A DNA stretch of 32,000 bases, taken from Candidatus Saccharimonadota bacterium (GTDB lineage: Bacteria; Pseudomonadota; Alphaproteobacteria; CAJXXZ01; 1604HC). The notes under the pieces are model-generated. The model saw nothing but the letters and a program-made list of their open reading frames with translations, ran no database searches and had not been told where the DNA came from. Each line of letters starts with the position of its first letter. Within the stretch, counting starts at the first letter, position 1. The stretch spans positions 90,001-122,000 of the forward strand of contig NZ_CP043314.1 in assembly GCF_008189525.1 (NCBI RefSeq), given 5' to 3'. The position numbers and the translations under genes are program-made. Shown in pieces: positions 17,476 through 25,625 of this stretch.

Positions 17476-17622
17476 TTTTCATCTCCTTTTAAATCGAAGT
17501 TTAGTAAATATACATCATTTTAAGTTAGATAGGATAGTTAAATAACACTGATGTTTTGTTCGACAGTATGTGAAAATATGTATACAGCAGACCTGGAGGG
17601 GGTGATAAGTGTACAAGATATC

Positions 17623-18924
17623 TTATTTGAATTTACAAGAACGAGTAATTAATCCCAATCCATGCCCTGTAATCTCTTTGTAATTCTTAATAAACTCTTC
17701 AAAAATTTCTTTAGATTCTAGTTGTTGTGTGTTTTTCTTATCTTGTAATTTTTCAAATTTATTTCTTTTAGTTAATCCTGAGAACTTACGAATACATTCA
17801 TCTATGAGAGATTCAAAGTACATAAGCCTTTCATTTCTACATTCATAAGTCTGCCATTTCATGGAATAGAGACTTTCTAGCAAAATGAACAGGCTTTTTC
17901 TATGTTTTTTATTTTCTGAGGAAAGTGATTTATATTGATTTGATAAGGATACATATCTATATATAAACCTTTTTATTAGGCCTTCAAGTTTTATTTCCAT
18001 ATATCTCATTCTCTCTGAATGACTTTCTGCTTCAGATTGTGTTTTTGTTTTATATGCTGAATACTCTGCCTCTTTTTGTTTGAGTTTTAGTGCATCTTGG
18101 AATGAATTAAATTTAAGCATTTTAATTTCTCTGTCATGATTCCTAGATAAACTCTGTAAAGTTTCATCATGCTCAGATGTTCTTTGGTTGTATCTTTCTG
18201 TAAGACTCTTTAATTCTATTTTTAGTTTTTCTACTTCAATTTCTCTGGATTTGTTTTGTTCAGTTAAGCTTTTGAGGTTTTGTTTCATTTCTTCAGTAGA
18301 TAGGTCTTTTTGTTCATGTCTTTGTGAGGAAATATATAAAGCTTTTTCTAAAGAACTATATCCTTGCTTTAATTCTGTAGACTTTTCTTTGTTTGCTTCC
18401 TTTAGTTCCTCATATTGTCTTTTGAAAACTTCCAGCTGATTTTTCAAGGATGTATTTTCACTTTGTAATTTACAATTCTTGATATCTAGTTCACATACTT
18501 TGTTTTCAGAGTCCTGTAATTTAGAGAGAAGAGTATTATTTTCCTCTTGCTCTTTTATGATTTTTTGTAATTCTTGCTGTAATTCTGCGTACATAGGGTT
18601 TGTTGATGCTGACTCTAAGTCCCAATCTACTAAATCTAAATCTATTTCATCTAACATATTCATTCCACTCAGCTCATCTAAACCACATGAATTCAACTGT
18701 TTTAATTTCGCAGCAGTAAGCATTGGTGAGGTTTTTGTTGGTAGATCAGGAACTGGTGATGCTTCAGCAGCTTTCGATACTTTAGGAATTGATAGTTTTT
18801 CAAATTCATTTGTATCTGATAACTTTTCGAATTCACTTCCACCAAACATTGCATGCAACCCATTGCACAGCATTATCAAGGTAAATATATATATTGTTTT
18901 TTTCATGTTTTTGATCCTTTGCAT
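17623..18924 (-). CDS. exported coiled-coil protein, family A paralog A2 (ORFan)
   Basis: This is a 433-aa ORF with signal peptide MKKTIYIFTLIMLCNGLHAMFGG. An alternative start at 18906 has AAAGGA upstream. Family A boxes are present (VDWDLESASTNP, ELKQGYSSLEKALYISSQRHEQKDLS). The ORF-track start lies 1 nt from the B1 stop. Confidence 0.8.
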   Translation of the reverse strand: MQRIKNMKKTIYIFTLIMLCNGLHAMFGGSEFEKLSDTNEFEKLSIPKVSKAAEASPVPDLPTKTSPMLTAAKLKQLNSCGLDELSGMNMLDEIDLDLVDWDLESASTNPMYAELQQELQKIIKEQEENNTLLSKLQDSENKVCELDIKNCKLQSENTSLKNQLEVFKRQYEELKEANKEKSTELKQGYSSLEKALYISSQRHEQKDLSTEEMKQNLKSLTEQNKSREIEVEKLKIELKSLTERYNQRTSEHDETLQSLSRNHDREIKMLKFNSFQDALKLKQKEAEYSAYKTKTQSEAESHSERMRYMEIKLEGLIKRFIYRYVSLSNQYKSLSSENKKHRKSLFILLESLYSMKWQTYECRNERLMYFESLIDECIRKFSGLTKRNKFEKLQDKKNTQQLESKEIFEEFIKNYKEITGHGLGLITRSCKFK

Positions 18925-18925
18925 T

Positions 18926-20317
18926 TTATATAAAGTTTTTTATGTGAAGGCGTTGATCAGGTTTCTTATTTGCAATAAAAGTAATTCCTGTATTAGCATT
19001 TAGAACTTCTTTTAGATAAAGCTGTTTTCCAACTATGTTATTTCCCATAGCTTCGTTTAATTTAATAGAAATAATCATTATAGAAAGGAGCTTATTCCAT
19101 GCTGACTCTTTGTCTTTAGTGTCAAGTTTTAAGTCGAAAGCATCTATAAATTCAGTTGCTAGCTCTTTCTTTACTGAACAACTAGATTCTTTAAAAATAC
19201 TTGCAACTTTATCCCCTACTAGAGCAGCATCTGGCCTTGAAGCTTCTTTTAGTATTGCTCTATAAAAAGATAACTGATCTAAAGCGCCATTTAAATCTTC
19301 ATCTTTTCTGCGCATACTTCTATCACTATTTTTTATTTCAGATTCTAGTTTTGCATTTTCGACTTTGAATTCCAAAGCATTCTCTAGCTTGCTTTCTAGC
19401 GCATTTACTTTTTCTCTAAGTTTTTCAATTTCAGTGTCTTTAGATGACTCTGCTGATTTTAAATTTTGAACAACTTCTTTTAAGCTTGAAATTTCCATTG
19501 CTTGACTCAAAGATTTATTATGTGATTTTTCAGAATCTTCTTGTAAGTTTTTTATTGTACATTTTGCTTCTTCTAAAAGTTTATTGAGATGTAAAATTCT
19601 TTCTGTATTATGCTTTTCATTACACTCTTTTGATGTAGATTCTTTTACTAAACTTAATACTGCTTCTTGCTTTTCAGATTTTACAGACTCAAGCTCTAAT
19701 TCCTTAGAATTTAAATTTTTCTCTAATTTCTCTAGACTAGATTCTGCTTTTTCTATTGCTACACCTGAACATTCTAATCTAGCTCTTTTATCAGCAAGTT
19801 CTTTTATAGCAAATGCAAGCTTTTCTTTTTCAGAAAGTAGTTCTTGGTTTGAAATTTCTTTTTCATTAAACCTTTTATCTTTTTCTTTTGATAATTCTGC
19901 GTAAGACTCTCTTTCTTTTTTAAGTGATTCGGATACCGTATCATTTAATGCTTTATTTGAGCTTCTTAGGTCTCGATTCATATCAGATAGATTTAAAACT
20001 GCTTGTTGTTGAGTTTCAAGAAGTTGTCTAGTCATTGTAAGTTTGCAGTGCATATTTTGTAATTTACATTTCGCAATTTGTGCGATTTCCATACAAATAT
20101 GCTTATCTTTTTCAGTTTCTATTTTATCAAGCCAGGCATTTATATTTATATGCGCAGAACTCATCATAGTTCCTGTAGATGACACTGATACAGCGGTCAT
20201 TGTTTCATATTTTTCAGAGCTAGACAGGTCACCTGATTCCATGCTATGGATTTCGCCTGGCATAGCATTTATCATATTACATAGTGCTAACAGAGTTATG
20301 TATTTCTTTACATTCAT
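18926..20317 (-). CDS. exported coiled-coil protein, family B paralog B1 (ORFan)
   Basis: This is a 463-aa ORF with signal peptide MNVKKYITLLALCNMINAMPGE. It is alignable by eye with B2 over the coiled-coil part and a C-terminal non-coiled module (…GNNIVGKQLYLKEVL…). Confidence 0.8.
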   Translation of the reverse strand: MNVKKYITLLALCNMINAMPGEIHSMESGDLSSSEKYETMTAVSVSSTGTMMSSAHININAWLDKIETEKDKHICMEIAQIAKCKLQNMHCKLTMTRQLLETQQQAVLNLSDMNRDLRSSNKALNDTVSESLKKERESYAELSKEKDKRFNEKEISNQELLSEKEKLAFAIKELADKRARLECSGVAIEKAESSLEKLEKNLNSKELELESVKSEKQEAVLSLVKESTSKECNEKHNTERILHLNKLLEEAKCTIKNLQEDSEKSHNKSLSQAMEISSLKEVVQNLKSAESSKDTEIEKLREKVNALESKLENALEFKVENAKLESEIKNSDRSMRRKDEDLNGALDQLSFYRAILKEASRPDAALVGDKVASIFKESSCSVKKELATEFIDAFDLKLDTKDKESAWNKLLSIMIISIKLNEAMGNNIVGKQLYLKEVLNANTGITFIANKKPDQRLHIKNFI

Positions 20318-20500
20318 TTATTCTTACCTTTAATCAACCTAACAGCTTTAACAAAATTAAGTTTGTTAAAATTACAGCACAAAATAAACAAAAATAAAAC
20401 GATTACTCATTTTCAATCTATAAAAAATCCGTTTTCAAGTTTCATTTTGCTAATGTTGATTAACTGATTCTGCAAGCATTTTCGTAATTAAGACTCTGCT

Positions 20501-21499
20501 TCATTTTATGTTTTGTGATGAAAACAATTTAACTGCAGAAGGATTTTCAGCCATCAATTGCTTAACTTTAAAAAGATTAAAACTGTTTATTAATTTGTCA
20601 TAAGTTTTTGATTCTTTGATTAGTTTTAGAAAACTTTTAATGGTTTTTTCTTTATCATTATCTATCTTACTATCTAGTGATTTTTCTTTTAAATATTCCA
20701 TAAATAAATCTATGGAAATGTTACTAAGATCAGATAGAGAAACTTTATATAATTCACAAGCTGTTTTATTAACATAAGCTTCAGAGTTTGCAATTTTTAG
20801 TTCAAATTTAAGCAGTTCGTCATTTTTTCTAGCTTCAGAACTTTGCTGATTATATTTTGATTCTAATATATTTAGTTCAGCTTGTAATGATTCAGCCTTA
20901 ATTTCGTGCAGTTCTTTTAGAGAGGTTTGTTTTTCTAGTTTTTCTCTCATTTCTGCTATTGAAAGGTCTTTTGTTTCATGTCTTTTAGTTGAGGTAGAAA
21001 GAGACCTTTCCAAGCTGTTATATCTTTCTTTTAGCTCCCTAGTTTTTACACTATTTTCTTCTTCCAGATACTTAACTTTCTCTTGAGCATTTTTTAGTTT
21101 TATATGTAATAAATCATTCTCAGTTTTTAGATCAGTATTTTCCATATTTAATTTATGATTTTCATTTTCAAGCTTTTGTAACTTAGATAAATCATTTACA
21201 TTTTGTGCTAATAGATCTGAGCTTTCTTTTTGGTGATTTAATGCATTTTGTAAATCTTTTTGTAATGCATCAGAGGTAAGGTTTGTAGAAGTAGAGTCTA
21301 AATCCCAGTTTCTGGTTAATTCAAACAACTCATTATGCAGCTTAGATAAATTTTGGGCAGTAAGCTCAGATTTCATTTGTACAGATGCCAAGGAATTAGG
21401 TGAACTGCTCATGCTTGGTATACTCCCATTCCCACTTGGCATTGCACTTAATGAGCTGCAGATAGAAATTAATGTGATGTATTTCCTGATTTTTCTCAT
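20501..21499 (-). CDS. exported coiled-coil protein, family A paralog A3 (ORFan)
   Basis: This is a 332-aa ORF with signal peptide MRKIRKYITLISICSSLSAMPSGN. Family A boxes are present (RNWDLDSTSTNL, ELKERYNSLERSLSTSTKRHETKDLS). Its start lies 7 nt from the B2 stop. Confidence 0.8.
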   Translation of the reverse strand: MRKIRKYITLISICSSLSAMPSGNGSIPSMSSSPNSLASVQMKSELTAQNLSKLHNELFELTRNWDLDSTSTNLTSDALQKDLQNALNHQKESSDLLAQNVNDLSKLQKLENENHKLNMENTDLKTENDLLHIKLKNAQEKVKYLEEENSVKTRELKERYNSLERSLSTSTKRHETKDLSIAEMREKLEKQTSLKELHEIKAESLQAELNILESKYNQQSSEARKNDELLKFELKIANSEAYVNKTACELYKVSLSDLSNISIDLFMEYLKEKSLDSKIDNDKEKTIKSFLKLIKESKTYDKLINSFNLFKVKQLMAENPSAVKLFSSQNIK

Positions 21500-21506
21500 T
21501 TATTTT

Positions 21507-23468
21507 TTAATTCCTAATTAATCCTGCAACTTGAGATAAATCTGCAGTGGTAAATTTCTCCCCAGGCTTTGCGTTTGCTTTAAACAGAATATCTTGTGAG
21601 CTGCCAAATATTTCTTTCAAAAATAGGATATGCCCAACTATATTTTCTCCTGTGCATTGATCTAAAGACTTACATACCAACATTAGAGTTACAGATCTAT
21701 ATATTGACTTATTAATCTCTCCCTTTTTATCAAGATTTAGATTAAAAGAACGTATGAACTTAGATGCAACACAATCTTTTTTAGAATAACTTGAGTTTTC
21801 ATATATTTCTTTAACCTTTTGGAATGCATAACTTGGCTGTGAATTTTCAGCTGTTTCCAGTAATTTATCATATAGAGATACTTTTTCTTTTTTATTTGTT
21901 AATTTCTTTTGTATTTCCAATAATCTAGATTTCAATGTTTTATTTTCTTCTTTTAGTGCAGGTGCAATGCTTGGTATTTTTGCAACCTCTGCTTCTAGCT
22001 TTGTGTTTTTTGCTTTATATTCATTTAATTCAGCTTTTAGCATATCTATTTCAGATTCCTGTGACATACATTTAGACTCAAGGCCAGATAATTTAGTAAC
22101 TGTTTTTAGAATTGTTTCATCTGCAGATTCTTTATCTTTGGATAGGCTTGCTATTGTGCTATTTGCTTCTTCTAGTAATTTCTGAAGATAAGAGTTTTTC
22201 TCATTCATATTTCTTGTATTACATTCATTTGCTGTAGATTCTTTTGTGAGATCTAATTCCATTGAATGCTTTGCAGATTTTACAGCTTCAAGCTCAGATT
22301 CTTTAGAGTTTATACTTCTTTCTAATTTTTCTATATCAGACTCTGCTTTTGCTCTTGCTTCAGTTGAGTATTTCAGATTTGCATTTTTATCAGCAAGATC
22401 TTCTCTAGCATCTGCAAGTTTCTTTTTTTCTGCCATAAGATTCTCTTTGTCTATTAGTCTGCTGGTTTTTTCTTCTGATAATTCTGCAGCTCTTTTTCTC
22501 TCTTCTTCTTGAGCTTTAGATGCATTTTCTTGTGATTTAGCAGCCATATCAGCTAATTTAACAGTTGCTTCAGAATTTGCATTTATTGCTATTTGTTGGC
22601 CTGCAATAAATTGTTTTAATGATTCTATATATCTGTCTTTTTTGCCAAATCTTTTGTTTGAAAATTGAATTATTTCTGTGACAAGCTCTGTTTCTTCAGG
22701 ATTGTTGCATCGTTCTAACCAGCATCTTATTCTTTTAGAAGAATAAAGTGCTTCCATAGATCTTTGTGAGATGCGGGACAAAGAAGACTTATGAGACAGT
22801 GCATCCCAATCCATCTGAGGTAATGCTATGCCTGTACGAGAAGAAGCAACAGATGTTCCGGATCTTCTACTGGACTTTGTTCGTTCTGTTAAGTTTGCTT
22901 GCTGCATTTGCATTTGCATTTGCATCTGTTGCATCTGCATTTGTAGTTGGGCGATATTATCCTGCACTGAAGATGAAACAGATCCACTTTTTACTGAACT
23001 ACTAGATACAGATTTTACGCTTGATCTATTTGCATTAGGAGCTAAAACTAACTCTCTTGCATTTCCTAAACTTGCTGTAGGGGCTTCAGGTTCTACAGGT
23101 ATTTCTGCACGATTGCCTACATCACTAGTCTCTGACATTGTGACAAAAGTGCTAGCTGTGCTATATGCTGCAGATCCAACTTTATGAGCAGTGGATGAAG
23201 CAACAGAAAGTATTGCTGATCCAGCTCTGCTTAGCTGTGACCTAGTTTGACTAGCTTGCGTTTCTGTATACAAATCTGTTGAAGTGCTTGATCTAGAGGA
23301 TGTTGGTCCATTTTCAGGTACTTGCTCTATTTTCTCAGATTCAGATCTCAATTCGCATGAAGTGCTAGAGTCATGTTCTGACTGTATAGAGTTTGTCTCT
23401 ATGTCTGCTTCTATAGATGCGTAAATACTACTGCATAATATAGAAAGAATTAAAAACTTCTTTTGCAT
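21507..23468 (-). CDS. exported coiled-coil protein, family B paralog B2 with S/T-rich N-terminal region (ORFan)
   Basis: This is a 653-aa ORF with signal peptide MQKKFLILSILCSSIYASIE. About 190 aa are S/T-rich low-complexity sequence that includes QMQMQQMQMQMQMQQ. The rest is a coiled coil and C-terminal module alignable with B1 (…GENIVGHILFLKEIF…). Confidence 0.8.
   Translation of the reverse strand: MQKKFLILSILCSSIYASIEADIETNSIQSEHDSSTSCELRSESEKIEQVPENGPTSSRSSTSTDLYTETQASQTRSQLSRAGSAILSVASSTAHKVGSAAYSTASTFVTMSETSDVGNRAEIPVEPEAPTASLGNARELVLAPNANRSSVKSVSSSSVKSGSVSSSVQDNIAQLQMQMQQMQMQMQMQQANLTERTKSSRRSGTSVASSRTGIALPQMDWDALSHKSSLSRISQRSMEALYSSKRIRCWLERCNNPEETELVTEIIQFSNKRFGKKDRYIESLKQFIAGQQIAINANSEATVKLADMAAKSQENASKAQEEERKRAAELSEEKTSRLIDKENLMAEKKKLADAREDLADKNANLKYSTEARAKAESDIEKLERSINSKESELEAVKSAKHSMELDLTKESTANECNTRNMNEKNSYLQKLLEEANSTIASLSKDKESADETILKTVTKLSGLESKCMSQESEIDMLKAELNEYKAKNTKLEAEVAKIPSIAPALKEENKTLKSRLLEIQKKLTNKKEKVSLYDKLLETAENSQPSYAFQKVKEIYENSSYSKKDCVASKFIRSFNLNLDKKGEINKSIYRSVTLMLVCKSLDQCTGENIVGHILFLKEIFGSSQDILFKANAKPGEKFTTADLSQVAGLIRN
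22903..22943. repeat. imperfect hexanucleotide repeat (TGCATT/TGCATC)n encoding (Q-M)n in B2
   Basis: The plus strand reads TGCATT TGCATT TGCATT TGCATC TGT TGCATC TGCATT. It lies inside the B2 CDS, and its unit length keeps the reading frame. Confidence 0.8.
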
Positions 23469-23590
23469 GACTACATTTAACTTACAAAAAATATCATTTC
23501 AAGAATTTAAAACTAAAAAATAAAGTGTTAATCTTGGAATTGGCTGTTTTGTAAAATTTTACATATTTTTTAGCAAAATTTATAATATAT

Positions 23591-24850
23591 TTATACTGAA
23601 ATATCTTCTAAGCTATAGCTAGCTTTAGCTTCAGTTTTATAGCCTGAATGCATATTTTTTTGATCATATAGATAGGTAGCATAAGTCACCATAGCTGCAT
23701 TATCGCTACAAAACTCAGGTTTTGGTACGAATATTTTTTTCCCATTTTTTTCTGCAAAATCACGTAATTTGTTCTTTATAAACATGTTAGAGGCGACACC
23801 TCCTACAAAAACCCAATTTTTTATTTTACAGTTTTCTGATGTGTTGTTTGAGTTATTTATTTCTTGTTCTTTGTTGTTATGAAATTTACTTCCCAATGCA
23901 TTGCGTAGTCTCTCTATTAAAGATTCAGATATAGCATATTGAAGTGCATAACATAGATTCTGTTTGTACTTTTCTGACTTGTCGCTTGATTCCCATTTTC
24001 TTATTACAGCAGTTTTTAATCCTGAGAATGAAAAATTACAACTTTTATCATTTTTCAGGGGCACTGGAAGGTTGAAATTTGGATTCTTAAGGCTAAATGA
24101 ATTTGGATTTTTGCTAAATTCGCTTTGCAAGGCTAGTTGCTCTATATGTTTGCCAGCTGGGTTCTTTAGTCCTATCTTTCTGCCAAATTTATCCAGTATT
24201 TCTCCCACAGCATCATCTAATGATGTTCCTAATACTGAATATTTTCCTAGATCAGTTGCTATAGCTAGCAGTGTATGCCCTCCAGATGCCAATATTACTC
24301 CATAAGGAAAGTCCAATCCTGTGAAGGAGATGCTTTCATTTTTAGAGAAGTTATTATCTGAGCCATTTTGTAAATTATTATTATTATTTAGAGTTTTTCC
24401 TGCTGATTGTTTGTTTGAATTTATATGTTCATTTTGTACATTTATTGAATTATAAGCATGCTTCCATTTCGCTACTAGCAAATGAGCTTCCAAGTGGTTC
24501 ACAGAAACAAAAGGTATATTTAAGGACCAAGCTAAAGTTTTGGCAAAGGTTACTCCAACAGTAAGGCTTCCTAAAAGACCAGGCCCTACTGTAGCTCCTA
24601 TGCAGTGTAGATCATTAGGTTTTATATTTGATTCTTTCAAACATTCTCTAACCATTCCTGGTAATTTAGTCATATGATCTCTTGATGCATATTCTGGTAT
24701 TACTCCGCCAAAATCGGAGTAATCATGTGTTATGGTTTTATTGCATATGCATTTTTCATTGTTAAATATTGCTACTGTTGTATCATCACAGCTAGTTTCT
24801 ATTCCTAAGTAGAATTTATTATACACACTAAATTCTATATCGTTTTGCAT
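23591..24850 (-). CDS. tsaD: tRNA N6-adenosine threonylcarbamoyltransferase TsaD (Gcp/Kae1 family) with low-complexity insertions
   Basis: GIETSCDDT, the metal-binding HLEAHLL, ILASGGHT and VGGVASN motifs occur in the canonical order. The product is 419 aa against about 340 typical, because of N/S/K-rich inserts. Confidence 0.9.
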   Translation of the reverse strand: MQNDIEFSVYNKFYLGIETSCDDTTVAIFNNEKCICNKTITHDYSDFGGVIPEYASRDHMTKLPGMVRECLKESNIKPNDLHCIGATVGPGLLGSLTVGVTFAKTLAWSLNIPFVSVNHLEAHLLVAKWKHAYNSINVQNEHINSNKQSAGKTLNNNNNLQNGSDNNFSKNESISFTGLDFPYGVILASGGHTLLAIATDLGKYSVLGTSLDDAVGEILDKFGRKIGLKNPAGKHIEQLALQSEFSKNPNSFSLKNPNFNLPVPLKNDKSCNFSFSGLKTAVIRKWESSDKSEKYKQNLCYALQYAISESLIERLRNALGSKFHNNKEQEINNSNNTSENCKIKNWVFVGGVASNMFIKNKLRDFAEKNGKKIFVPKPEFCSDNAAMVTYATYLYDQKNMHSGYKTEAKASYSLEDISV

Positions 24851-24929
24851 AATGAAACAATTTTCTCTTTTGTGAAAGTAATTTTAGGCAAATAATGCTT
24901 GCTAGATTTTTATTTTACTTTTTCTAGCT

Positions 24930-25430
24930 TTAGTCATCTGACTCTTCTTTTGTTTTAGGTTTATCTTCTACATATACTTCTAATTCTTGCATTAAGAGTA
25001 TTCTTTCTGAAACTAAATGATCAATTTGACCGCTCAATTTAGCATTTGCTTTGTAGAGAGTTCTGCATGCGCGTTCTATCTTATTTCTTTCCAGCTTCAG
25101 AATATCTCTATCTTGCTCTATGTGCATTGCGCTTGTAATAATAGATGTGTTTCTTGCCTTTAATAGGCTTACTTCTTGTATTAATGTGTTTATCAAGCTC
25201 TGAGAAGTTTTGTTGATTTCAGCTGCAGAATCTGTCTGTGTAGATGAGTCAGATTTTTTAATTTCTTTTAGAGGAATATTTGACCTTGCAGTGTCAGAAT
25301 CATATCTTGAAGAAAAAAACACTTTGTCATTTACAATGTAATTAACAATATAGTCTGAATCCTGCTCTTTGGGAGAATTTTGCAAAACATCTCCAGAGAA
25401 GCAACATAACAAACAAGATAGAAATTTCAT
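24930..25430 (-). CDS. hypothetical small protein with Cys-rich hydrophobic N-terminus and C-terminal coiled-coil-like segment (ORFan)
   Basis: This is a 166-aa ORF. It starts MKFLSCLLCCFSGD and contains a YIVNYIVN duplication. The C-terminal half (LINTLIQEVSLLKARN...LSGQIDHLVSERILLMQELEVY) is heptad-like. I recognise no family. Confidence 0.6.
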   Translation of the reverse strand: MKFLSCLLCCFSGDVLQNSPKEQDSDYIVNYIVNDKVFFSSRYDSDTARSNIPLKEIKKSDSSTQTDSAAEINKTSQSLINTLIQEVSLLKARNTSIITSAMHIEQDRDILKLERNKIERACRTLYKANAKLSGQIDHLVSERILLMQELEVYVEDKPKTKEESDD

Positions 25431-25625
25431 TTATTTATTTTATAAAAGATTTATAAATGAAGTGTTAAGGTTATGTGAATGATCAAGATTTGGTCAGTGC
25501 TCAAACTTGATAAGTGTTAAGTAATTTGCTGGTATTGTTCCAGAAATTTTACTTGAAAGAAAAGGGGTTCAAGTTATGGATATCAAATCTCTCTTATCTA
25601 TTTTGTATATATTTTGTTATATCAA

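Noticed and set aside
16307-19003. There are long plus-strand ORFs inside A1, A2 and B1: 16307-16684 (125 aa), 16928-17275 (115 aa), 17196-17450, 18188-18439 and 18479-19003 (174 aa).
   Set aside because: They are antisense to much longer, motif-bearing minus-strand ORFs. Their products are S/F/L/C-rich nonsense typical of the reverse complement of GAA/AAA/TTA-rich coiled-coil codons. They have no RBS or family resemblance.
19035-23187. There are plus-strand ORFs inside B1, A3 and B2: 19035-19265, 19584-19904, 20043-20333, 21967-22185, 22246-22512, 22766-23005 and 22828-23187. The last contains a CCICICICICCICIC run.
   Set aside because: These are the same antisense artefact. The Cys-Ile run is simply the reverse reading of the (Q-M)n hexamer repeat in B2.
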